DNA of 64,000 nucleotides from Gracilinanus agilis (taxonomy: Eukaryota), in contig NC_058131.1 of assembly GCF_016433145.1 (NCBI RefSeq), positions 593,338,549 through 593,402,548 on the forward strand. Direction: 5' to 3'. Numbering within the stretch: position 1 is the first letter of the stretch; every line of letters begins with the position of its first letter. The notes beneath the pieces are model-generated. The model saw only the letters and a list, made by a program, of their open reading frames with translations, was not told the DNA's origin and did not search any database. This document shows positions 49,385-61,440 of this stretch, piece by piece. Made by a program: the position numbers and the translations under genes.

Positions 49385-49663
49385 GATTTGTTGTTGTTCA
49401 ATCATTTTTCAGTCGTATCAGGGCCTTTGTGATTGCATTTGGGGTTTTCTTGGCAAAGCTACTAGAGGAGTTTCTCAATTTCTTCATCTGTAAAAATGAG
49501 CTTTTCCAGCTCATTTTTACAGATGAAGAAATTGAGGCAATCAAGGTTAAATGACTTCCCCAGGATCATTCTTCTAATAAATATTTTGAGGTCAGATCTG
49601 AACTCAGGAAAACACCTTCCTGAATCCAGGCCTGACATTCTATTTTGTGCCACCTAGCTGCCC
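49385..49663 (-). mobile_element. MAR1 SINE
   Basis: gttgttgttcaatcatttttcagtcg...ggggttttcttggcaaag...ccacctagctgccc. Confidence 0.85.
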
Positions 49664-49680
49664 AGTATTGAGATACAATA

Positions 49681-49822
49681 AATATATTTTCTTGTTCTAG
49701 GCAAAATATATTATAAGAAAATGTTTTCAGATGAAATAATATATTTTCTTGCTCTAGGCAAAATATATTATAAGAAAATGTTATTGAGAAGCAATAATGT
49801 ATTTTATTGTTCTAGACAAAAA
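49681..49822. repeat. local tandem duplication, ~57-bp unit, about 2.4 copies
   Basis: aatatattttcttg(t/c)tctaggcaaaatatattataagaaaatgtt repeated. Confidence 0.9.
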
Positions 49823-49839
49823 TTTTAGTGTACGTGAGA

Positions 49840-50050
49840 AGAGAGGAGCTTACTATCATAGAGAGAAAACTGGCATCAGAACCAGAAAGACCTGCCTCTA
49901 ATACACATATTGACTGAATGACCTTGGGCAAATCACTTAGCCTCTCAGCACTCTAGGCTTCTCTCTAAGTGACTAGAAAGTGCCAGCCTGTGTCGGGAAA
50001 GTATTGCTTCCCCATCTGGGAGTTCTCAATTCCAATGAAATCACAGGCTT
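49840..50050 (+). mobile_element. Mar3-like CORE-SINE
   Basis: gaccttgggcaaatcacttagcctctcagcactctagg...ccaatgaaatcacagg; relatives at 50430-50600 and 53410-53635. Confidence 0.7.
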
Positions 50051-50198
50051 TATCAGTCAGCCACAAGCATTTACTAAGGGCTTGCTGTGAGCCAAGGGTT
50101 GTACAAGAGAAGGAAAAATAATCACACCTCAAAAAGAATGATTTCATCTCTCTTGGCCCATATCTGAAGAGAGGGAAGAAAAGAAAAAGAAAGTAAAA

Positions 50199-50231
<33 letters not shown>

Positions 50232-50600
50232 AAAGTTGGTTGGGGAAGACTGGTTCTAATATTTGGAACAGTTGATGTTTTTTAAAAGAATGTGATAGAA
50301 TCTTCAAAATACTTAGCTTCTCACACATAGGTATTGATATGCCATGCAAAGTATTTTCAACATAAAACCCTTTTGTAGATCTAAATATTATTATTATTAT
50401 TGACATGTTACTACTAATACATTCTATTTAAATCATGTGGCAGAACAATGTTGGACTTTGAATCATGGAGACGTGAGTTCAAATCCCACCTCTTATAATT
50501 ATTACCTACATGACCCTGAGCTATTTACTTAACATCTATGAGGTTCCTACCTCCTTAGGACTTATCTATTAAGATAGAGATGAGTCAAAATTGCATTAGT

Positions 50601-50775
50601 AGGGGACAGCTGGGTGGCTCAGTGGATTGAGACCCAGGTTCAAATCTGGCTTCAGATACTTCCTAGCTGTGTGACCCTGGGCAAGTCACTTAACCCCCCA
50701 TTGCCTAGCCTTTACTGCTCTTCTGCCTTAGAACCAATACACAGTATTGATTCTAAGATGGAAGGGAAGGGTTTT
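50601..50775 (+). mobile_element. SINE1_Mdo-like SINE
   Basis: ggggacagctgggtggctcagtggattgag...ccccattgcctagcc...gattctaagatggaagg. Confidence 0.9.
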
Positions 50776-51479
50776 TCTGTAAATGTTTTTTAAACCACAT
50801 TAATAGAAGGAATTAATTTATAAAGGGTTCCTCACACATAAAATCACAACTCCTTTTTACCTATTTGAATATGAGTATAATACCAAAATGTCAAAGCACA
50901 AATGCTGAAATTTACTAATTTACTTACCAATTAACATTAATAACCAATTAATAAAATAATAGAATTGATAAACTAATAAAATAATAGATTCACTAAACCC
51001 AAAAAATTACTATTTTATTTATTAATTATTAACCCACCACTGGCACCACTATGACTTGAGAAAATGGTTTGTAACTCAAATGAAAATAGAAAAACAACTT
51101 TCCCCAGCCCCCCCCCATAATAGAAAAACTAGCATTGGAAATTAAAATGCCTCCCTAAACTAATATCTACCTATATCAGCTTAGCTAAGATTATGTTTTT
51201 AAAAAAAGCTATTTCTGCTATATGGCTGACACAAGGCAAGTTGTTTCCTGTGCTTGTAGGATTGGTTGTGATGACTCAGGATAGATTCCACTGAAATTTC
51301 AAGTCCATAATAAAGGAAAACCTGGTTAAATGATAGGTGAGGCAACTAGCCAAATAATTAAATATAATTGTAGGGTGCTGTACTTTGGCTGTTAAAACAT
51401 ACATAATAATGTTTGTAAGATTACAAAATCCTCAAACGTGCATTGATAAAAAGAATTGACACAGCAGTCTTATATAGGT

Positions 51480-51805
51480 GAGTCTTCAAGTGACTTCTCC
51501 ACTTGGAAACTCTGGCTGTGAGAATTACCTCCAGATAGAACTATGTCTGTAATTCTTAAGGATTTGTCTATGGTAACACAGCTAAAACAGGTATCAAAGA
51601 CAGAATCTGAATTCACGTCTTCCTAACGCCAAGCCTGGCACTCTATTCACTGTCATATTGTTTGTCGTTCAGTCATTTAAGTCATGTCTACATGAGTTCA
51701 GCATCCCACAGCTTGTTAAGAGTCTGAGGCCAGAGTTGAACTCAGGAAGATGAATGGCCATGACTCCAATCCTGGCACTCTATCCCCTGTACCACCCAGC
51801 TACGG
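51480..51805 (-). mobile_element. MIR/MAR1 fragments
   Basis: ggtaacacagcta...gaatctgaattcacgtcttcc; gtctgaggccagagttgaactcaggaagatg. Confidence 0.7.
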
Positions 51806-52794
51806 TATTCACTGTTTTAGGTTGGCTTAAAAACCCATAAATGTTTTACAAAATATGGAAATCAATGAGTAAAGTTCAGCCTAGAAGGAGTAATTCACCT
51901 TGCTAAGAGTTGATACTTGGATCTTGAGACCATCTTCAAAATGTTGCCACTATTGAAGATTGCTTATGGCTTCCAGAGGAAGATGAGGCTCCAAATGGGA
52001 CTATAATGCATTGAGAACCCAAAACCAAGATGGCCCAGGAACTCCACAAATGCTTTCCCCATTTTTGTTTATGCTGTACTTTGTCTACATACAGCTTTTC
52101 TGGGGCAAGGTCCATGAAGTCCTATGGTGCAAATCCACTGGTCCAGATTCCCAGGGATTTGGACACAGAGAATATCTCATGGAAACTGATCTTAATGAAT
52201 CAGTGTGTAAAAGGCAGCCAAATGTATGTCCTTGATAGTACATTATGAGCCACTCTCTCCATTTTTTAGGTGTTTTGATAGGGAAGTAACATGATGTATT
52301 TCTATTCCATGTAACATCTAAAGATCTTGAAAATACCCTCAGGGAGCCTGGGGCAGACTATCAGATAGTTACAATATTGGCTATAAACCCTAGGTTATTA
52401 ATACACTATCTTACAAACACAGACTCATCCCTCCAGATAAAATAATCCCCTCCAGGAAGATCCCAAGCACAGTTACCATACACAAGACTACTGAAGAAGG
52501 GAGACATTAATTCAATTGTACTTCTCTCTCTGACTGTCTTTCTGTAGCTTAGTGAAGGGAACAGACATAGAGAAAAGCACCCACATAAGGAAAACACCCA
52601 GGGAAATACAGACAATATAAGCCCTTCCTGATCCCTGGAGACTTACTTGGATCTAAAACTCTTTCTATTGATCACCAAATTTACATAAAGAATACCATAA
52701 TTTTGACATGTATTAGCTTTGCAACCCCGAGCAAGACAATTGTCCTTCCTGAGTTTCAGTTTCCTCACCTGTAAAATAACATTGTAAAAAAAAT

Positions 52795-53290
52795 AGCATG
52801 GATGATGTCTTTTGACTCAAACATAAATTGGATTTAAGTGAGGGAGAGTGGCACAGAGTCATTGGCTTCACTCTCTCTTCCAGGGCCATTAAAATCCAGT
52901 GCCAAGACAGAAGTCAAGATAACTGGTGATGGCTAAAGATGCTGTGGATGACCATGGCTTCTTCAATGTCTAACCCAGCTCTAAGTGCTCCTCAGCTTCT
53001 GCTTCCTCCATCTTCATAAGAATTGGAACAGATTGTTCTCAACCACCCATTCTACTGGGAGAAGTCTTCACATGCTTGGGGTAGACATGCCTCTCACTAA
53101 CCAACAGGTTTGAGATTTACCAGTTACTCTAAACCTGGTTTAACTGTATGTCAAGACAGTTTACCAGGCTGTGGCCATTGTGCATACTAAAACTTCTTGG
53201 AGCCACGGGTGAGAGCTGGACAGCAGGTAGACACCAACAGAAGAAAGGAACCTTAGAAAGGGCTCAGTCTTCACTGAACACCAGGTAGTG
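52795..53290 (-). mobile_element. RTE-related SINE (WALLSI4-like) inserted in a MIR
   Basis: aattggatttaagtgagg...gagaagtcttcacatgcttggggtagac...ttcttggagccacgggtgagag; MIR halves at about 52720-52790 and 53290-53390. Confidence 0.8.
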
Positions 53291-53793
53291 CCCACCTCAA
53301 CAGGTAGTTGGAAGGATCAAATGAAATAATTTTGAATGAAAAATGACTAGGAAACTTTTAAGTACTAAATGTGTCAGCTGTTCTCATTGTTGTTGGTCTA
53401 GTGAGGAAGCATGGAATAGTGTGGAAAGAGCTGTTCTCAGAGCCTAAAGACTAGGGTTCAAGTCCAACCTCTGATACATATTGACTGTGTAACTCTGGAC
53501 AAGTCACTTAATTTCTCACTGCTCTGGACAATTCTCTAAGACTATGAGTTACAGAGAAGATGCCAACCTGCATTAGTAGAGGGAGTTTCCTTTTCCAGCA
53601 GTTGTCTATACCAATGAAATCATGGGTCTAATCCCTGTCTCTGGGTCTGATTGTTATTATACTTCTATAGTGTATTACCAACACAATTCATTGGAGCTCT
53701 ATGGGTATGCTTCACTTGATAATAACTGGTGGATTTCCAAAAAGCTCTAAGTTGAATTTTCACGGTTCACCTTCTATTTTAAATGTACTACAA

Positions 53794-54007
53794 CAGTGGT
53801 ATCAGACTCAAATAAAAATAGGAGTCACTAATCCATACAAAGGATCTCTGAGGCCACATTTTGACTTGGTTTTAAATGTCATATTATTTATGTTTGATCA
53901 TATTTTTATTTATTTTGTTAAATATTTCCTAATTACATTTTACTCTGGTTTAAGCCAATATTGAGAGGGTTAAAATATGCCCAGGGGCAGCATATTTGAC
54001 ACCTCTG
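53794..54007 (+). mobile_element. MdoRep1-like non-autonomous DNA element
   Basis: cagtggtatcagactc ... catatttgacacctctg imperfect TIRs; internal ttattttgttaaatatttcctaattacatttt. Confidence 0.75.
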
Positions 54008-54315
54008 AGCCAAAGGATCTGGCTATTTAAAAGAGCATTGTGGCAAATCATCTGGCAAGCCAAATCATCAATACTTTATTTAGGTATAGAGGAAGGATGT
54101 GATCAGAGGGTCCTAATCAATTAATTCCCTCCCCCTTATTGGAAATCCAAAGGTGAGAAAGCACTGAATGCATCTCAAAAGAGTCCAAGTTTGTTTCTAC
54201 TCAGCTTCTGTTATAGCCCTAGAATATAAAACTCCTCTTCATTAAGTCGATTGAGTAGTCCCACTCCTCCAGTCATGGAGTCACAGAGGACCAATCAGAA
54301 GTTGCTGCTATAATG

Positions 54316-54316
<1 letters not shown>

Positions 54317-54379
<63 letters not shown>
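54317..54379. repeat. (AAT)n microsatellite
   Basis: About 20 perfect units. Confidence 0.98.
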
Positions 54380-54381
<2 letters not shown>

Positions 54382-54586
54382 TGATCATGATAAATTGATA
54401 ATCATAATCATAATAACGGTGCTGAGCTCCCTGAGAAATGTCTTTTTTGGAAAAATGTCTACAACCTATAGTTTCATCAAGTAGATTGGTGGGTATTCAA
54501 TTGATCTGGAATCTCACTACTGATAAACTCTACTACTACCACCACCACGTCTATCATTAACCCCTGGCTACATGTTGGTATAAATC

Positions 54587-54788
54587 TATTTTGTTTAAAC
54601 CCTTATCTTCCATCTTAGAATCAATACTATGTATTGGTTCTAAGACAGACGAGTGGTAAGGGTTAGGCAGTGGGGGTTAAGTAACTTGCCCAGGGTCACA
54701 CAGCTAGGAAGTGTCTGAGGCCAGATTTGAACCTAGGACTTCCCATGTCTAGGCCTAGCTCTCAATCTACTGAGCCACCCAACTGCCC
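54587..54788 (-). mobile_element. SINE1_Mdo-like SINE
   Basis: tttaaacccttatcttccatcttagaatcaatac...tgagccacccaactgccc. Confidence 0.92.
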
Positions 54789-54854
54789 TCTATTTTTTTT
54801 TCTCATACCAACCAATGAGCAAATATTTATTGAGAAGTGGTAACATATATTGGA

Positions 54855-55205
54855 AATCCAGCAAAGTCCTATATCTAAAAGTCAAAGGATTGAGATTTGA
54901 ATTCTAGTTCTGCCATTTTCTCCCTTTGTGATCTGGGTGAGTCTCTTGACCTCTGTGAGGTCCACTTTCCTTATCAGTAAAATTTAGACAAAAAGGCCGT
55001 TCAAATGTTTTCTGACTCTAAATCTATGACCTAGAAGACCATTGATCGAGAGCTGAAAATAACTTTAAAGATCATGGCAGATGCCTCATATGCAAGGCAG
55101 CTGAGACCCAGGAAAATTAAGTGATTTGCCCAGGATCATCATAAGTGTCTGAAGTATAGTTTAAAATCAGACCTTCCTGACTCCTGACTTTCCAGCTGCA
55201 CCACA
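54855..55205. mobile_element. MIR fragments in both orientations
   Basis: tttccttatcagtaaaat (plus); aagtgatttgcccaggatca (minus). Confidence 0.65.
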
Positions 55206-55310
55206 TTCTCTCTTAGTATCAGTAAAGTGTTGGGGAAAGGGGTTTGGATTAAATGGACTGTAATGTCCATTCCAGTGCTAAATCTATAAGACTGATAGCT
55301 TTTTACGTAC

Positions 55311-55341
55311 CTTGTAAATGCTGAGTGGAATCAGGATACAC
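55311..55341 (-). other. candidate 31-nt exon, gene unidentified
   Basis: ttaac(branch)...ctattatttttctag|GTGTATCCTGATTCCACTCAGCATTTACAAG|gtacgt. Confidence 0.3.
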
Positions 55342-55859
55342 CTAGAAAAATAATAGGTTATTTTTCAGTTAATGGTTCACTGTTCCTAAGAGATCACTTT
55401 GGCTCAGTCCAGCAATTGAACCTGTCTGTCAGAAGAATCTCCAATGAACAACTCTTTCTAACAACTCTGGACATGCCTTTTGGCCAGAAGCCTATGCCAT
55501 TACGGGGTCCTGGGGAACATCTGTTATTTGGTGGTGGGCCTCATCGTTGCATGTTGATTTATCAAGCACACAATATGTTGCCTACAAAACCCTGTCAAGG
55601 AATCCTGCCAGTTCAGTCTGTTGAGGAAACCAGACAATCAACATGCAATTCCTGGACTCCAATAAAAATAAGCCCAGGGAATGGGGTGTCGGACATTTAG
55701 AACAAAGCCTTTTAAAAGCAGGGCATGATATTTGATGAGGCTTAGCAGCCAGTCAATCAATATGTATTTACCAAATTCCCCACAGGATAGGAAGCACCAG
55801 CTTAAAGCTGTGGGTTATTATTAAAGAAGAGAAGCTGCCCTTGTCCTCAGCTTCAGTAT

Positions 55860-56225
55860 TCTGGCAGTTCATTTGACCTCCTCCTGAAACCATTGAAATT
55901 CAGGCTCGAGACACTCAGGATTGTTCCAAGACCCAAAATCACCTCTATAAGTCCAGCCTGGAGGCCTGGGGTAAGGTCCATGGTCCCTGTGAGCAATCAG
56001 CGGCCGGGAAGTCCCACAAAATCAGCCAACTTGGCACCTGGCTGGAGGAAGCAGTTCTCTCTGCTCTCAAGGGTCCTTCTGCAGTCTGCAACACACACTG
56101 AGTTGAGGTCACCCCAGGCTAATACCATGACTGTTCATGTTCCATCTGTGCATTTCCTAACGGGGCTACTTTGGGGTTTGTCCCACAGATCAAGCAGGCG
56201 GAGGATTAGCTGACTTCCTGAGGTC
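55860..56225. promoter_or_regulatory. candidate enhancer/promoter
   Basis: Non-repetitive, GC-raised, CpG-retaining; consensus NF-kB site GGGAAGTCCC at 56006-56015; ETS core ACTTCCTG at 56213-56220. Confidence 0.35.
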
Positions 56226-56469
56226 TCTTCCAGCCTTATGATTCACTAAAAGGTGATGATAATTAGAGTCATAGAATTATTCACTCTAGGGTGAATACAA
56301 ACTGACCTCATAGGAATTACACTCACTCTGTGTGTGTGAGCGTGCACATGTGCACACATCTATGTATATATGCACCTTTACTAATGGAATATCCCTTGAA
56401 ATATAAAAATGCAAAGGACCAACAATTATTCACATGGATGTCCTTCAGAGCTAAAGGGCAGACTCATGA

Positions 56470-56577
56470 TATAATTTTTAATTTAAAAAATTTTGATAAC
56501 TTTAGTTTTTACATCACTTTCATTTCTGAATATATTCGCCTCTCATACAGAGAGCCATTCTGTTTAGCAAAAAGTAA

Positions 56578-56653
<76 letters not shown>

Positions 56654-57050
56654 AAGAAAAGAGCAAAACAAAACCAGCACATTGACTGATTCTAAAAGAA
56701 TGTGCAGTGTTCTCCTGCCATCATATCCTCTTCTGCCAAGAAGGAGGGAAGTTCATTTTCTCACCTTTCTTTGAGGCCAAACTTGGTTAATCACAAAATG
56801 AGCAGGTTTCTTTTTGTTGTTCTTTGCCATTACACATTGTAGCTTTGTACCCATTGTTTTCCTAGTTTTACTTACTTTATTCTGCATCCGTTCAAAGAAG
56901 TCTTCTGTGCTTCTCTGAATTCTTCATGTTCATCATTTCTTAAGGGGCATTAATATTCCAATACATTCATGCAACACAATTTGTTTATCATTCCCCAGTT
57001 GTTAGATATCTACTTTGTTTTCAGGTCTTTGCTACTGCAAAAGATACTGT
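56470..57050 (-). mobile_element. ancient L1 3' fragment with (CA)n(TA)n at 56580-56650
   Basis: taattcttcatgttcatcatttctta...taatattccaatacattcatgcaacacaatttgtttatcattcccc. Confidence 0.7.
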
Positions 57051-57390
57051 TAACTTAGAATGTTAGAACTAGAATGCACCTTAAAGTTCAACTAATCCAT
57101 CATCTTCATTTTGCAGATAAGTGACCTGCCCAAAATCATAGTACAAGTTAATGGCAGTGGCATATAGGCAGTACAATGGATAGAGCATTAATCCTGGAAT
57201 TAGGAAGACTTGAGTTCAAATTCAGCCTCAGAAACTTACTAGCTGTGTAACCCTGGGCAAGTCACTTATCTGCCTCAGTTTCTTCAAATGTAAAATACAG
57301 ATAATAATAAAATCTACTTCCCAGGGTCATTGTGAGAAGCAAATAAGTTAATATTTGTAAAGCACTTAGCATATAGTAGCATAGATTTTA
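57050..57390. mobile_element. back-to-back MIR/MAR1 SINEs
   Basis: cttcattttgcagataagtgacctgccc (minus) then gagttcaaattcagcctcag...gcctcagtttcttc (plus). Confidence 0.8.
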
Positions 57391-57582
57391 ATACTTTCCA
57401 GAGCAATTCTCTTTCTTTTGACTTAGCTTGTCCCATGTTCTATTTTTACCTATTGCTAGCTTAAGGTCCTTCTGACCTGGTGAGCCTTCCTGGCTCTTAA
57501 ACTTTCCTGGCTGGACTCCTGACTAGTCCTTTTTACTCTTCCAATTTTTCCTATGGTACCAGGGGAAGGTTTTTTTCTTACC

Positions 57583-58095
57583 TGTAATCCCTCATTGAGG
57601 GGTCTTTACCTTGGGTGGGGGGACAATTCAGGCACCAGTTGTCAGAGACCAGAGAACATTGGGACCACTTGGCTAAGGGTCCCAAAGGGTAATAATGCAA
57701 ACGGCCTCAGAAGGGCTGATGGCAAGCAAGTGGCAAGTTTATTGACCACAGCTAGTGTTAAATAGGGCAATGTTACATAAGCTAAAGGATTCGTTCATCC
57801 TTTTACATGGACAATGGTTAGTAATGATTTACAATCTTAGTACAATGACTTAGTTTACCTCACCAAAGCTTAGACAGAGTTTTCTATAGGATAATAAATC
57901 ATAGGTAAATATGTAACCATCTGGTCCAGAATCTCAGGGAAATATTTGCTTCAGTGGGTTTGTCAAGAACAGCCAGTTATTACCAAGTGGAAGTGGGGGT
58001 GAAAAGGAGGGGTTTGGGGGGCCTCATGTGAAGAGAGCTATGTGACTGATTCTGGCCAGACCGTGGTTTTGATTTTACTGGGGTTCATTCTCACA
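57583..58095 (-). mobile_element. probable solo LTR
   Basis: TGT...ACA bounded ~510 bp; minus-strand AATAAA at about 57738; no TSD found. Confidence 0.5.
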
Positions 58096-58444
58096 ACTGG
58101 GGGCTACACACAATGGGCTCTTTCTAAGAAATAGAACCTGTTGAAGTTGAATTTCAAGTTGCTAGAATTATCAGAGAGATGATTGTTGACATTTCAAAAC
58201 TCAGTTCTATAGTTCTCAATAAACACTATGTGCTTATACATATAGTAAGTACCTGAGGCTACTTTTGAACTTGGCTCTTCCCAACTATAGGCTTACTGGG
58301 CTACCTCACTACCTCTGCAAATTTAAAAAATAGTTTGATTTTTAAATGCCTTTATTGTCAAAAACAATTCTTGAAAATTGTACCAACATGTAACCTGGGG
58401 GGAAAAAATAAAAAACTTCTTTTTTTGTTTTGTTTTTTTTTTGT

Positions 58445-58619
58445 TTTAAACCCTTAACTTCTGTGTATTGGCTCATAGGTGGAAGAGTGGTAAGGGTGGG
58501 CAATGGGGGTCAAGTGACTTGCCCAGGGTCACACAGCTGGGAAGTGTCTGAGGCCGGATTTGAACCTAAGACCTCCTGTCTCTAGGCCTGACTCAATCCA
58601 CTGAGAAACCCAGCTGCCC
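58445..58619 (-). mobile_element. young SINE1_Mdo-like SINE
   Basis: Near-identical to 61867-62049; flanking aaaaactt at 58411-58418 and 58620-58627. Confidence 0.95.
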
Positions 58620-59744
58620 AAAAAACTTATTTTTTTAAAATGCCTTTCTCCTAATCCTGAGCTTCTCTCTTGATCTCTATATCTTTATTTGTTGCTCAAG
58701 TAAGTCAAATGTCAAGAGTGACATATTTGGAACAACACAAAAAAGAAGGCCTTTTAGAAAGCATCTTTTAGACACTTCACTGGTAACCGATGGAGAAAGT
58801 AGGAACGCTTGCAAAAATATCCCATTCTGTGGGAGCTGAGCTGAGACTAAGGCTAACCAAAATCTCTTTCCCAAGCCTGTTGAGAGAACAGTTCATCTGC
58901 TGACTTGAACCTTAACCCTTCCTGCACATTGTCTCCACTGAAATAATAAAGAAGGGCCAATAAGGAGGGCTTTGTCCGAAAACTCCAACTGTCTGGAATG
59001 TTTAGAAAAGAATGCAATAGCAGAGAAATACAGTCCACCAAATTGTTGGCTTCTTCCCCCACCCCAAAAAAGAGAGACAACTTTCTCCATCCAATCTATG
59101 ACATAGCTGTTGGAATCAAATTCCAAAAACAAGGCACTATCAGATCAAACTGCAGTTCTGTCCTTGAAGACCATTTCACCGATGGACTACACACCACGTA
59201 CTTTTGGCTGATGCAAAGGAACTCGTGTTCACCTCTGGCACACCTCTGTCTGCAGCTGCAGAGGATCAAGTCATGTTCAGGTCTGTTCCCCAATCACTCC
59301 CTACCACACCCCACCTCTTCTCTGTCCAGTCCAACCTAGCCAGGTTTTCCTAGCAATGTCGTCCCTGTAGAGACACAATTTATTTTCCACCCTCTTGCAC
59401 ATATACTCTCATGTGAGTGCTCAGGGATCAAAGTAACAAGCCAGCTAATGACTTTCTTTGCAAAGTATTTAGCAGGACACCTCAAACTTCACTTTGAAAG
59501 GATATAAGAGCTCTTTCTATTACTTTAAATAAAACAGGTTTTTTCTATTACTTTTAAATAAAACAGCAAACAGGTTTGCTGATGAAAAAATAGTGGATGT
59601 TCCTGGAGACACACTAGGATGACTTTTGAAAGCATGCTAAGTATAAATTGAAAGGTGTAGGGAAGACCTCACTTAAAATTAGAAAATCTGGGTTTGAGTT
59701 CTCAGCTGTGGTGATCTCTGGTAAACGCCTCTGTGGCTCCATTT

Positions 59745-60360
59745 TTTTGTTGTTGTTTTGTCATCTTTTTCAGTTGCATCTGACTCTTTGTGACTCTATT
59801 TGGGATTTTCTTGACAAAGATACTTGAGTTGTTTGCCATTTCCTTCTCTACCTCATTTTACAGATGAAAAACTGAAGCAAACCAAGGTAAGTGACTTGCC
59901 CAGGGTCACCCAGCTGGTGTCAGAGGCCAGATTTGAACTCAGAAAGATGGATCTTCCTGACTCCAAGCCCTGCACTCTATCCAGCTCCATTTTATTATCT
60001 GTTTAATAAAGAGATGGGGCCAGATGATCTTTGAGGTCACTTCTCCAGGTGGAATAGTGACTAAAGCACTGGACTTAGAATCAGGAGTTCCTGAGTTCAA
60101 ATCCCTGTTATGATCATAAGCAAGTCAATCATTCAGCAAGCATTGATTATGAGCCTACTGTGTGCATTATACTAAGGGCTAGGGATCAAAACAAAGCAAA
60201 AAACAGTTCCTAATCCCTCTTAACCTGTCAGCATCAGTTTCCTTATTTGTAAAATAGGGATAATGATAGCATCTACCTCATAGAGTTATTGGAGGAGTCA
60301 AATAAGAAAACATGTAAAGCTCTTTGCAAATCTTACACCACTACATGATTTGCTAACTAT
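59745..60360. mobile_element. MAR1 (minus, to about 60000) and MIR (plus, from about 60050)
   Basis: caaagatacttgagttgtttgccatttccttctc; cagtttccttatttgtaaaatagggataat. Confidence 0.85.
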
Positions 60361-60570
60361 TATTAAAAATTCTGTGGTTTTGTCCTGTTTCTATGACCCA
60401 AATTGTTCTTCTCTAAAACTAAAATGATGATACACTGTTCCATTTTACAATAGCCTCATAATTAGTGTCCCTATACCTGGTCTTTCTCCTGTTCCAACCT
60501 ATTCTCCACACAGCTGCCAGTGATTTTTCTGACCATATGACCACTCCTACTCAATAAACAGCAGTGGTGA

Positions 60571-60747
60571 GGGGTAGCGAAGTGCCTCAGTGGATGGAGA
60601 GCCAAGGCTAGAGATGGGAGATCCTGGGTTCAAATGTGACCTGGGACATTTCCTACTTGTATGATCCTGGGCAAGTCACTTAACCCCCATTGCCTAGCCC
60701 TTACCACTCTTCTGCCTTGGAACCAATACCCAGTATTGATTCTAAGA
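60571..60747 (+). mobile_element. SINE1_Mdo-like SINE ending at gap 60748-60893
   Basis: ctgggcaagtcacttaacccccattgcctagcccttaccactcttctgccttggaaccaatac. Confidence 0.92.
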
Positions 60748-60893
60748 NNNNNNNNNNNNNNNNNNNNNNNNNNNNNNNNNNNNNNNNNNNNNNNNNNNNN
60801 NNNNNNNNNNNNNNNNNNNNNNNNNNNNNNNNNNNNNNNNNNNNNNNNNNNNNNNNNNNNNNNNNNNNNNNNNNNNNNNNNNNNNNNNNNNNN

Positions 60894-61440
60894 TTTGATC
60901 TCCTAGGCAATGGGGAGCTACTGAAAGTTTATGAGCAGAAGGGTAGCATGTATTAGGAAGATTATTTTGACAAAGATGAGATGAATTGGAGAGAAGGGAA
61001 ACCAATGATAGGGAAATGAATTAAGAGGCTAATGGAATAGGCAAGTAAGAAATGATAGACTTAAACGTGGGTGGTAGAGAAAAGGGGAAGGATTTAAAAG
61101 CTTTTGTGGAAGGCCACTGAATGGATATGGAGATGGGGAGGAAAAAGAGTGACATGACAAAGCTAGCACTGTCTTCTAAGCAGGTGATGATACAGATAAT
61201 AGCCAAAGCAAATAATGATGACTAGAACAAAAAGAGTTGGCCAAATGAAAGCCAGAGATAACTAGTAGAGAGTGTGTGACTTGAGAATCAATGGGATGGG
61301 ACAACTAATTGGAGAATGAGTGAATTTAAAAGCATTTATGAGGTGTTTACTATGTGCCAAGAACTGTGCTAAGCACTTGAGCTATAAACAAAAATGGGAA
61401 GTTATTTCCTGACTTCAAGGAGTTTACTCATATTAAGGAG
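60894..61440 (-). mobile_element. L2 fragments
   Basis: aggcaatggggagctactgaaagtttatgagcagaag; gcatttatgaggtgtttactatgtgccaag. Confidence 0.75.

Noticed and set aside
49681-49822. Direct repeats as a CRISPR-like array
   Set aside because: Eukaryotic context, no unique spacers and only about 2.4 contiguous units.
55299-55700. 134-codon plus-strand open frame containing FGGGPHRC, resembling the cytochrome P450 heme motif
   Set aside because: The motif needs FxxGxxxCxG and has Leu at C+2. No ExxR or PERF motifs, no other P450 exons nearby, and there is no ATG before the Met of LDMPF, late in the frame. Treated as chance.
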